A stretch of 64,000 bases of DNA from a virus (Duplodnaviria; Caudoviricetes): positions 20,732 through 84,731 of the IMG/VR virus record IMGVR_UViG_2869221657_000003; one strand, 5' to 3'. The notes below the pieces were generated by a model that saw nothing but the letters and a program-made list of their open reading frames with translations, did no database searches and was not told the DNA's origin. Positions 56,688-64,000 of the stretch are shown here, in pieces (positions within the stretch are counted from its first letter, which is position 1; every line of letters starts with the position of its first letter). A program made the translations under genes and the position numbers.

Positions 56688-57629
56688 ATGTCGCTAAGTG
56701 TTGCACCAACGATGATGACCCTCGCTTTGAGTGTGGGTAGCAGGCTTGATATTCCAGCCACGCGGCTGCGCGGTATTTATCCGCCGGGCACGGTGGCTTG
56801 GCTAGTTATCGAGGATGATGCGGGCGCGGAACTGGCTGCTTTTGATGGCGATGTCACCGCTACGGGTATTTCGTTTAGCGAGGACCCTGAGGATGTCAAT
56901 GACATTCCGCATGGGGCGAACTTTCGCCTGTTTGTGCAGCGGCCTAATGAGGCCGAGAGCGTGAAGGCTTATGGAACTGTTGTGCGGGCTGAGCCCCGGT
57001 ATCCGCTCAAGACGACGGTTGTCAGCCCTGAGGATGCCGCTAAGCAATATACGGCGAACTTCCAGCAAGCTTCTGTCGGCCCTAAGTGGAAGTCGATGGG
57101 TGGCAGTGGGCTAGCTATTCACAACTGGGGTGTGTTGGGTAGGCCCAATACGCTCGGCCCAAATTATACGTTTAATTCGGCTGCCAGTGCGCGTTGGTTG
57201 TACGAGATGAATATGGATTCGATCACTGTTGTGTTTCGGGTTTGGAGTCTCGGCGCTGGGAAGATGAACGTTCTGGTTTGTGGCGATTACGCGTTGAATA
57301 GTTATGTGGGCATTCAGTTTGATACTGGCCCTATCAATAACAGGGTTCGTGTGATTACTGGTGCTGGCCCGCTTTCGTGGCATCACCAGGGGTCTTCCGT
57401 CAATAACACGGTGGGTAATGGCGAGTATTACACGCTTAAGTATTTCCACCCAGGAAAGCAGATCGCCTTGTATAAGGGGACGAATTTGACGCCGCTCATT
57501 TCGTGGGTGGATGAGTCAAACATTGTTCCTCATGGTGAGGGTTTCCGGTACACGGGTCTTTCGTGGAATACCAGCGTTCTTACTCCGGGCGTGGAGCCCA
57601 GTGAGTGGGAAGCAAGGGACGGGGTTTAG
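56688..57629 (+). CDS. Minor tail / baseplate protein
   Basis: Between the tail genes and lysin A; beta-rich. Confidence 0.6.
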   Translation: MSLSVAPTMMTLALSVGSRLDIPATRLRGIYPPGTVAWLVIEDDAGAELAAFDGDVTATGISFSEDPEDVNDIPHGANFRLFVQRPNEAESVKAYGTVVRAEPRYPLKTTVVSPEDAAKQYTANFQQASVGPKWKSMGGSGLAIHNWGVLGRPNTLGPNYTFNSAASARWLYEMNMDSITVVFRVWSLGAGKMNVLVCGDYALNSYVGIQFDTGPINNRVRVITGAGPLSWHHQGSSVNNTVGNGEYYTLKYFHPGKQIALYKGTNLTPLISWVDESNIVPHGEGFRYTGLSWNTSVLTPGVEPSEWEARDGV

Positions 57630-58817
57630 TTGGCTCTTTTGGGGCATTTGACGGTTAATTCCAGTCCCGATGATGTAGCCGAAGCGATCATTAAGGAGAC
57701 GATTCGCCGGGGGTATCAGCCGGAGGAATCTATTGCTGCCGATTCCACGGGCCGTCAGGAGTCAGGGCTTCGGCCTAAGGCTGTTAACGGCGCGTGGCGG
57801 GGCATCTATCAGCAGGATGCTAGTTATCCGGGTCGGGATGACCCTAACGAGAACATTCGCGCATTCCTTGATCGCTTGGACGTTAAACGTAAGAGCGCTG
57901 GTGCGTCGTCGGATATCTGGAAGAACATTTTTTGGTTGCAGCAGCGTCCGGGGGAGCGGACTGCCGATTTGGCTTTCGCTAATGGTCGGCAGGCTTATCT
58001 GACTGAGATTCGCTCTAAGCGGGACGCTGCGGTTGCGGACTATAAGAAATATGCGGGGGTGGCTGTGGCTGATAATCGGCCAGATTTTAATGAATTTGCT
58101 TTGTGGTCGCCGAATTGCTCAGGTCGCAACGGCACTAAGGTTGACCTTTTCCTTTTGCACACGCAAGAGGGGGGTGGTGGCGATAGTGCCGCTGAGGATT
58201 TGGCTAAGTATCTAGCGAATCCGGCTAGTCAGGTTTCTTACCACTACACCGGTAGTCAGGCGGCGGATAACGGCGTCACGGTCGTTGATTGCGTGGATAC
58301 CGACGACGCGAGTTGGTCGGTGCTTGACGCTAATCCGCGCTCTATCAATTTCTGTTTTGCGGGCGCGCGGGCTTCTGATTCGCGGGATGTGTGGTTGTCG
58401 CGGAGTCGTGTTATCGACGTGGCTGCTTATCTGGCTGTGCAGGATGCTAAGAAGTATGGCTTTACGGCGCGGGTGCTCAAGCCTCCGTACAGCTCTAATC
58501 CGCCGGGTATTTCGGATCACCGGTATGTGACTCAGTGGTTGAAGATCGGCACGCACACGGACGTGGGCGATAACTTCCCGTGGGATTACTTTGAGCAGCG
58601 AGTGGCTTTCTGGGCTGGCACGGCGACTACGACGCCTACCACGCCGACGACGCCAACTGCGCCGGTTAAGCGGTTCCCTAAGGATTACACCGACCGGGAG
58701 CTATTGGAATACATCGCGGCGCAGTTGGGGCCGTGGCCTCAGCTCGGGCAGAACGCCAAGGGTGAGAATCTAACGCTGGTCGACGCATTCGCTGAGTTCA
58801 AAAAGGCGGCGGCGTAG
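57630..58817 (+). CDS. Lysin A (amidase-2 catalytic domain)
   Basis: LLHTQEG, SYHY, WSV..AN..SIN, HTDVGDNFPWD. Confidence 0.92.
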   Translation: MALLGHLTVNSSPDDVAEAIIKETIRRGYQPEESIAADSTGRQESGLRPKAVNGAWRGIYQQDASYPGRDDPNENIRAFLDRLDVKRKSAGASSDIWKNIFWLQQRPGERTADLAFANGRQAYLTEIRSKRDAAVADYKKYAGVAVADNRPDFNEFALWSPNCSGRNGTKVDLFLLHTQEGGGGDSAAEDLAKYLANPASQVSYHYTGSQAADNGVTVVDCVDTDDASWSVLDANPRSINFCFAGARASDSRDVWLSRSRVIDVAAYLAVQDAKKYGFTARVLKPPYSSNPPGISDHRYVTQWLKIGTHTDVGDNFPWDYFEQRVAFWAGTATTTPTTPTTPTAPVKRFPKDYTDRELLEYIAAQLGPWPQLGQNAKGENLTLVDAFAEFKKAAA

Positions 58818-59851
58818 TGGCTAAGGGTCCAGACGGCAAGTGGATCGGATACGGGCCGGGCGACTCTGGCGTTCCGGTGGAGGAAGCCCAGACGCGGCTT
58901 AAGGCGCGGTTTTCCTACGCTAAGGGGCTTAACCCTTCGCGCAGCTACACCGGTGATCTGTTGCCGGTGCTGGTGGAGTACCAATTCCGGGTCAATGTTG
59001 GGTTGGCGGCTAACGGTAAGCGTCTGCTGCGGACTGACGGGATTCTGGACTTCGCAACGCAGTTCGCGCTTGGTGTGGCCCCGGTGGCGCTCGCGGCGGT
59101 CAAGCCCCTGTTGTTCACGGTGCATGGGACGGCTCAGCCTGACCCGTTCGGGCCGGGCCTGCCTGCCGACACTGCTCGCGCGGTGCTGGATAAGTGGGAC
59201 TGGCAGCCGATTGGTGACTATCCGGCTGACGCGTTCCCGATGTGGCCGTCGATCCTGAAGGGTGTCGCGGCGCTGCGGGTGCAGATTCGTAAGGCGCTGG
59301 CTGCTAACCCGAATCGGAAGCTTGGCTTTGCCGGGTATTCACAGGGCGCAATCGTGGTGTCGCTGGTCCTCAAGTACGACTTCATGGCTGAGGGTGGCGA
59401 GTTCAATGCCGCGTTCAAGGCCGGTCAGGTTATCCGGGTCGTTACGTGGGGCAATCCGATGCGCGAGCTGGCGGTTCAGCATTGGGACGGCGCTGGCGAG
59501 GTCGCTCCGGCTACTTCGTGCGGCATTCTCGATGACCGTGTTGTGGGTACGCCGTCTTATTGGCGGGAGTACGCGCATAAGGGCGATCTGTACGCGGACT
59601 GTGAGCCGCCGGGTAACCAGCGGGGCGATAACAAGCGCGCCGTTTGCAAGATCATCATGTGGCACGACGTGCTTAAGGGTGACGACAATATTTTGTCGCA
59701 GATCGCGGAGCTGCTTGGGCAGCCGGTCCTAAACGTCATTCCGTTGTTCCAGTCTGTTGTGGACGCGGGGATGTTCTTTGGGGCGGGGATGAACTCGCCG
59801 CATTTCACGTACGACATTCGGCCAGCTATCGAATTTTTGAGGGGTATCTAA
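58817..59851 (+). CDS. Lysin B (cutinase-like esterase)
   Basis: VHGT, GYSQGA nucleophile elbow, GNPMR; N-terminal PG-binding-like region. Confidence 0.92.
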   Translation: MAKGPDGKWIGYGPGDSGVPVEEAQTRLKARFSYAKGLNPSRSYTGDLLPVLVEYQFRVNVGLAANGKRLLRTDGILDFATQFALGVAPVALAAVKPLLFTVHGTAQPDPFGPGLPADTARAVLDKWDWQPIGDYPADAFPMWPSILKGVAALRVQIRKALAANPNRKLGFAGYSQGAIVVSLVLKYDFMAEGGEFNAAFKAGQVIRVVTWGNPMRELAVQHWDGAGEVAPATSCGILDDRVVGTPSYWREYAHKGDLYADCEPPGNQRGDNKRAVCKIIMWHDVLKGDDNILSQIAELLGQPVLNVIPLFQSVVDAGMFFGAGMNSPHFTYDIRPAIEFLRGI

Positions 59852-60274
59852 GTGTTGGTTTATGACGAAGTTTTGCCGGTGCTCAGTGATGAGTTTACGG
59901 GTGACGAGGTTGCAATTCTGGCTGCGCGCGGGGGGAGGGTTGACCGCGCGTTCCGCCGCAGTTATGCGTGGGCTAAGCACGCCCTAGCCACAGGCGAGCT
60001 GAAGCGGCTCACGGTAGTTGTGGAGCTTAACCGGGATTCGTGGGTTCACACGCTGGGGGCGGTTAATTCGGCTCTGTCGGGTGAGCGGTTGCCCGTTGGG
60101 GCGGCGTTCAAGGTTGACGCTCCGGTTGACGAAATTGGTGGGCAGAAGCTTACGAATGTGCTCGATGCACTTAATGAGCTGACCCCTCCGGTGGTTCCTG
60201 TTGTTCCGGCTTCAAAGGTGAAGCTGGAACCTAAGCCGGAGCCCGTTAAGGATGAGAAGAAAGAGGGGGAGTAA
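59852..60274 (+). CDS. Hypothetical protein in the lysis cassette
   Basis: Coupled ORF. Confidence 0.55.
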   Translation: MLVYDEVLPVLSDEFTGDEVAILAARGGRVDRAFRRSYAWAKHALATGELKRLTVVVELNRDSWVHTLGAVNSALSGERLPVGAAFKVDAPVDEIGGQKLTNVLDALNELTPPVVPVVPASKVKLEPKPEPVKDEKKEGE

Positions 60275-60526
60275 ATGAGGATTTTCGGTCGTAAGCCGAG
60301 CGAGATTCGGAAGGCGCTGGTGGCGTTTTCCGCTGCGACGTTGATTCTGCTTTTGGCTCTGCCGGTGGCTGGTCTGCCGGTGGCTGTGGCGGGTGCTATC
60401 GCTGGCGGTGTGGGCTTGTTCACCGGCTTGTCGGTGTACCTGTCAAAGCCGAACGTTGAGGCGGTCATTGACCACCTTGACGACGTTAAGCCTCCGGTGG
60501 TGGTTCCGCCGGTCATTACGGAGTAA
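60275..60526 (+). CDS. Holin
   Basis: Two TM helices, RKALVA N-terminus, downstream of the lysins. Confidence 0.75.
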   Translation: MRIFGRKPSEIRKALVAFSAATLILLLALPVAGLPVAVAGAIAGGVGLFTGLSVYLSKPNVEAVIDHLDDVKPPVVVPPVITE

Positions 60527-60528
60527 CG

Positions 60529-60969
60529 GTGATGGGGGAAACGGCGGAAACGGTTGACTGGACCGTCATGCTGACGACGAACTTTCCGACGATTGCGCTT
60601 ATCGCTACGTTGGCGTTCGGCGTCTTTATGATCGTTCGTTTCCTGGCTGGAACTCTTGAGTCGATGGGTGGCGTTGCCGGGAAGCTGGGCACTTGGCTCC
60701 GCTCCCGGCGCGCTATCAACAAAGCTGAATCAGATGACATGCGTAAGCGTATTTCGTATCTTGACGGGCAAGTGCGAGCGCTGCGGTACAGGGATGAGTG
60801 TTACTTCGCGTACATGATGACGGATGCCGATTGGCACCACGACTTTGAGTTGGTGGCGCGCGCTAAGGGGTGGGCACCGGACATTAAGCAGCACATTTCG
60901 TTTCTGGAGTTCCGCGACAATTGGATGCGCCAGCGCGGTTTGGAAAAGGAATTTGTTTTATGGACGTAA
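60529..60969 (+). CDS. Membrane protein (lysis accessory)
   Basis: N-terminal TM followed by a coiled coil. Confidence 0.6.
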   Translation: MMGETAETVDWTVMLTTNFPTIALIATLAFGVFMIVRFLAGTLESMGGVAGKLGTWLRSRRAINKAESDDMRKRISYLDGQVRALRYRDECYFAYMMTDADWHHDFELVARAKGWAPDIKQHISFLEFRDNWMRQRGLEKEFVLWT

Positions 60970-61226
60970 CCCTCTATTCTCCGGCGGCACCGTGTAGCAG
61001 CTGCCTCGTAACTAAGCTTGCGCTTAAGAAGGCTGGCATCCCGTTTGTGGCGGTTGTTGCCGACGATGAACAGATTCAGAGGTTTAAGGATGATGGGCAC
61101 ATGCAGTTCCCGGTCGTTGTCGTTGATTGTGGCGACGGCGCAACGTGGACATGGAGTGGCTACCGGCATGAGGACATCTTGCGACTCAGGGATTTGATGC
61201 AGGAAACGCCGCGCTTAGCGGCATAG
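60960..61226 (+). CDS. NrdH / glutaredoxin-like protein
   Basis: VTLYS...CSSC...GIPF...QFPVV. Confidence 0.8.
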   Translation: MDVTLYSPAAPCSSCLVTKLALKKAGIPFVAVVADDEQIQRFKDDGHMQFPVVVVDCGDGATWTWSGYRHEDILRLRDLMQETPRLAA

Positions 61227-61233
61227 ATAGACT

Positions 61234-61290
61234 CGGGCACTCGCGCTCCCCCTTATTCCCCTGGGGTTGAGCGCGGGTGCCCGTTTTTTT
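61234..61290 (+). terminator. Intrinsic terminator ending the late operon
   Basis: cgggcactcgcgctc...gagcgcgggtgcccg followed by T7. Confidence 0.85.
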
Positions 61291-61294
61291 GTGT

Positions 61295-61594
61295 CTAAAC
61301 GGCGGGCGGAAACTTGCCGTACACGCCTGTGTCTAAGTCTCCGGCTATGAAAGCTTGGTTTTGGTCGTCGGCGCGTTTGGCGGTGGCGGCTTGCTCTCGC
61401 CGGTATGCGGCCCTACGCGCCTCTATGACGCGTTCATACTCGCCGGAGTCGTGGTCCATGCGGTTATAGGCCCAGAGGACGCCAGCGAAGCACGCAGCGC
61501 CCAATGCCCACCACTTGAGAGCAGCGAACAGGATGACGACAGTGCCACCGACGACGAGTGCGCGAATCATACGGGCACCGTATCCCATGCCCAC
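61295..61594 (-). CDS. Small membrane protein
   Basis: Two N-terminal hydrophobic helices. Confidence 0.6.
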   Translation of the reverse strand: MGMGYGARMIRALVVGGTVVILFAALKWWALGAACFAGVLWAYNRMDHDSGEYERVIEARRAAYRREQAATAKRADDQNQAFIAGDLDTGVYGKFPPAV

Positions 61595-62307
61595 ATCTGC
61601 CGGTGAGTGTCCACCAGGTAGGTGTTGACCTTCGCCATGTCGGGCTTTTCGGGCAGCTTGCTTGTCTCCCCGGCCTCTGCGATGCGGTCGCGCCAGAACT
61701 CGATTTCCTCTAGGCAGCGCGCCTGGCTGTACTCGCCGTTACGGACACCTAACAGGAACTCCCGCGCCAGGTCATGCATAGGCATGGTCATGGTCTGCCG
61801 GGTCAGCATTTCGTGACCTTGGATCAGCAGCCGGATCGCGTGGAAGCACGCCTTAGTGTCGAATCCGTGCGCCTCGATCAGCTCAGGCCGGTTGGTGCGC
61901 GGCGCTTTCTCGCCCTTGATCCGCGCGGCCATGCTCTCCGCATAGCCGACGTGCGTAGTGGCGATGATCCGCGACAGGAATAGCTCACGGTTGGCCTGCA
62001 ACCCGATTGTGTCGGGCATGGTGAGCGTCGGCGTGAACAGCAGCGTCATCATCGTTGGGTTGCCCTTAACGACCTGATAGACGTACTGCCGGAGCGGGTA
62101 ATAGGTTGTCTCGCTGTCGCCAGCGGTGGACTTGACCCCTTCGGGCTTATCCCGGTCCCTGATGGCGTCCTTAGCGGACTTTAGGCCGATGATGACCTCG
62201 GGCGGGTCTGCGTAGACGCCTATGTAGTCGTGGTCTGACTGTGCGTTGTTTAGCCCGTGGGCGTATGACCCGATTTCGCCGATGATGTATGGCTTGATTT
62301 CCTGCAT
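61567..62307 (-). CDS. Pol-beta-superfamily nucleotidyltransferase (RlaP / PF10127-like)
   Basis: GSYAHGLNNAQSDHD motif, KGNPTMM, HAIRLL; GGGGGAG RBS before ATG at 62307. Confidence 0.82.
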   Translation of the reverse strand: MQEIKPYIIGEIGSYAHGLNNAQSDHDYIGVYADPPEVIIGLKSAKDAIRDRDKPEGVKSTAGDSETTYYPLRQYVYQVVKGNPTMMTLLFTPTLTMPDTIGLQANRELFLSRIIATTHVGYAESMAARIKGEKAPRTNRPELIEAHGFDTKACFHAIRLLIQGHEMLTRQTMTMPMHDLAREFLLGVRNGEYSQARCLEEIEFWRDRIAEAGETSKLPEKPDMAKVNTYLVDTHRQMWAWDTVPV

Positions 62308-62396
62308 ATGAAGCTCCCCCTTAATGAAGCTAGCCCCGGCGGGTGCCCCTCCCAAGGCACCCAGCCGGGACCAGCGGCCCCCGACCCCCGATTGGT

Positions 62397-62837
62397 TTAG
62401 GACTCGACTTTTGCCGGTTCCTTGGCTGTGGGTGCAGCAGCCTTTTTGGCGGGTGCACCCGCAGCCTTTTTGGCGGCTTCCCCGACTGGCGACCCGGCGG
62501 CTTTCCATGCCCGCACAACTTCAGCGGAGACGCGGCCACGATCCGCAACGTCGTGCCCGTTGGCCTGTGCCCAGGTCCGGATATCCCCGAGGGGCAGACC
62601 TTCCTCCCCGCCGGAATGCGTTGCCCTGCCGCCCCGCTTGGCGCGGGTCGTGGTGGCCCGGCCTACGCGGGTGGCCTTTTCGGTCCACTTCGCCTGATCC
62701 TTGTCGAACGCCTTTGCGTTCTTTTCGGACAGGTCCAGGTGGTATCCGATGCCGTCGACCGTCCACTCACGTTCCGTGGTGGCCTCGACCTCAGGCTCCA
62801 GATCGTCAAACAGTGTGACGGTTACTCGCTTACCCAT
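62397..62837 (-). CDS. lsr2: Lsr2-like nucleoid protein with a Lys/Ala/Pro-rich tail
   Basis: DDL...DGIGYHLDLS dimerisation domain; IRTWAQANGHDVADRGRV AT-hook. Confidence 0.92.
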   Translation of the reverse strand: MGKRVTVTLFDDLEPEVEATTEREWTVDGIGYHLDLSEKNAKAFDKDQAKWTEKATRVGRATTTRAKRGGRATHSGGEEGLPLGDIRTWAQANGHDVADRGRVSAEVVRAWKAAGSPVGEAAKKAAGAPAKKAAAPTAKEPAKVES

Positions 62838-62909
62838 TTCGGTCCCTTTCGTTTCGGCTTCTGAGTACGGGCTGCGTACACGGTAAGCAATCTATTCCTG
62901 ATCCGTCAA

Positions 62910-63230
62910 CTAGTGGTGGATCGGATTAGTCGCTAATTGGGCGATGAACAGCACTAACATGGTTAGAACTGCGATGAGGACGATACTACCGATGATGATT
63001 TGTTTGGCGGTAACGCGCCGACGCGTAGGCCGGTTGTGGGTGAACGGGTCTGCCCACGGAGCGCCGCGCCGCGCGGGCGCATAGTGTGAGTAATGGTCGC
63101 GGCGGGATTTCTCAAACGCACCTAAGTGGCTCAAGGGCTTTTGGAAGGTGCCCAGCAGCGCCAAGTAATCCTGGCGCTGGCGCTCGGCGGCTCGCTCCAG
63201 CTCGCGGATGAAATCTTCGGTATCGCGCAC
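62910..63230 (-). CDS. C-terminally anchored membrane protein
   Basis: IIIGSIVLIAVLTMLVLFIA TM segment. Confidence 0.6.
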   Translation of the reverse strand: MRDTEDFIRELERAAERQRQDYLALLGTFQKPLSHLGAFEKSRRDHYSHYAPARRGAPWADPFTHNRPTRRRVTAKQIIIGSIVLIAVLTMLVLFIAQLATNPIHH

Positions 63231-63542
63231 GCGCGTATCCCCTTCCGTACTTAGTTACACCAGTTATCGAGACTGTTCACTTGCCCAACGTGTGTTCCGT
63301 TGGAACGACGTGTTAATTGATTTCGTTTAGCAACCCCGTGCTCAAGGTCACGTTTGGCGGGTTGTTGTCGTCGCGGTAGCCGGGAACGGTACTAGCGAGG
63401 GTCTTTAAAGAGAATGCGCGTTTTTCGACCCAAACAGAAATATTAGAAACTTTCTCACGCAAGTCTTAGAAACGAGGCCTTGACATCGCTGACCAGGTAT
63501 GCGGTCGGAAAGGTGCCTTAACCTGCGACTACGGGGTTCGTA

Positions 63543-63563
63543 GGTGACACTTTGGTTGACACC
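63543..63563. repeat. Probable integrase arm-type direct repeats
   Basis: GGTGACAC and GTTGACAC, about 12 bp apart, ~50 bp inside the junction. Confidence 0.55.
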
Positions 63564-63605
63564 TGGCGCAAAAATAGGCTTCTAGCTGCGGCGGAGCAAC
63601 TGGAA

Positions 63606-63626
63606 CTACGGCTTAAAAGTCCGTAG
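63606..63626. other. att core: CTACGG inverted repeat around the tRNA-Lys anticodon loop
   Basis: CTACGGA-CTTTTAA-GCCGTAG on the minus strand; tRNA homology stops here. Confidence 0.75.
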
Positions 63627-63650
63627 CTCTACCGACTGAGCTATAGGGGC
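63613..63650 (-). pseudogene. 5' half of host tRNA-Lys(TTT), truncated at the anticodon loop
   Basis: GCCCCTA-TA-GCTC-AGTCGGTA-GAGC-T-ACGGA-CTTTTAA, then no T-arm or acceptor 3' strand. Confidence 0.85.
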
Positions 63651-63771
63651 GCGTCGCACACAATACTGCCTTCGCAGTGGTTGCTCGTTTTGGGATTGCG
63701 GCCGCCGTGCCCTAAGCTAACGACGCTCTCACGTGCACTCGTTGTGAGTACCCCGGAGTGATTCGGTTCTG

Positions 63772-63844
63772 GCCCCCATCGTCTAGTGGCCTAGGACGCC
63801 GCCCTTTCACGGCGGTAGCACGGGTTCGAATCCCGTTGGGGGTA
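63772..63844 (+). tRNA. Host tRNA-Glu(TTC)
   Basis: GCCCCCA/TGGGGGT, CTTTCAC loop, TTCGAAT. Confidence 0.95.
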
Positions 63845-63891
63845 CGCGCACGGCGGTAACGTCGGAGCGAGCAGTACATGCAGGAAAGTAA

Positions 63892-63968
63892 GGCCCTGTG
63901 GCGCAGTTGGTTAGCGCGCCGCCCTGTCACGGCGGAGGTCGCGGGTTCGAGTCCCGTCAGGGTCGCCA
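63892..63968 (+). tRNA. Host tRNA-Asp(GTC)
   Basis: GGCCCTG/CAGGGTC, CTGTCAC loop, encoded CCA. Confidence 0.95.
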
Positions 63969-64000
63969 TGCTTGTGGTGAGGCACTTGTCGATGGATTGA

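Larger units (their letters stand above)
1..63619. mobile_element. Temperate siphovirus prophage (left part outside the window)
   Basis: Continuous phage replication, head, tail and lysis modules. Ends at a split tRNA-Lys followed by host-type tRNA-Glu and tRNA-Asp. Confidence 0.95.

Noticed and set aside
63712-63969. 85-aa minus-strand ORF
   Set aside because: Antisense to host tRNA-Glu and tRNA-Asp.

Overview
Nearly the whole window (1 to about 63,620) is the right-hand part of a temperate siphovirus prophage in a mycobacterial host. The host is inferred from WhiB, Lsr2 and lysin B genes and from the divergent tRNA-Lys / tRNA-Glu-Asp locus at the right edge. From left to right it holds: (i) rightward replication and anti-defence genes (DnaB, three WhiB-like proteins, a Prs-like + NAMPT-like pair matching NARP1, PNKP, RusA, SSB, RNA ligase, ClpP, exonuclease, several HNH proteins); (ii) a 12-tRNA array with an HNH gene, a ~350-nt structured non-coding segment and a DUF4417 gene; (iii) a leftward accessory region with SigA-type promoters, an AAA+ ATPase and two vWA-like paralogues; (iv) a probable packaging-end region followed by terminase, head, tail and lysis genes; (v) a small leftward cassette (nucleotidyltransferase, Lsr2, membrane proteins); and (vi) a junction in the anticodon loop of the host tRNA-Lys(UUU) gene. 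No integrase or repressor was recognised in the window. The best leads are the split host tRNA-Lys with a separately promoted phage tRNA-Lys(UUU), DUF4417 with two unrelated MGGRG-leader proteins, the large structured RNA, a 10-copy GTAC-N7-GTAC motif and a boxA-like AYAACTNAATA motif. All family assignments come from motif recognition by eye; no database search was run. Some very small hypothetical ORFs are omitted.
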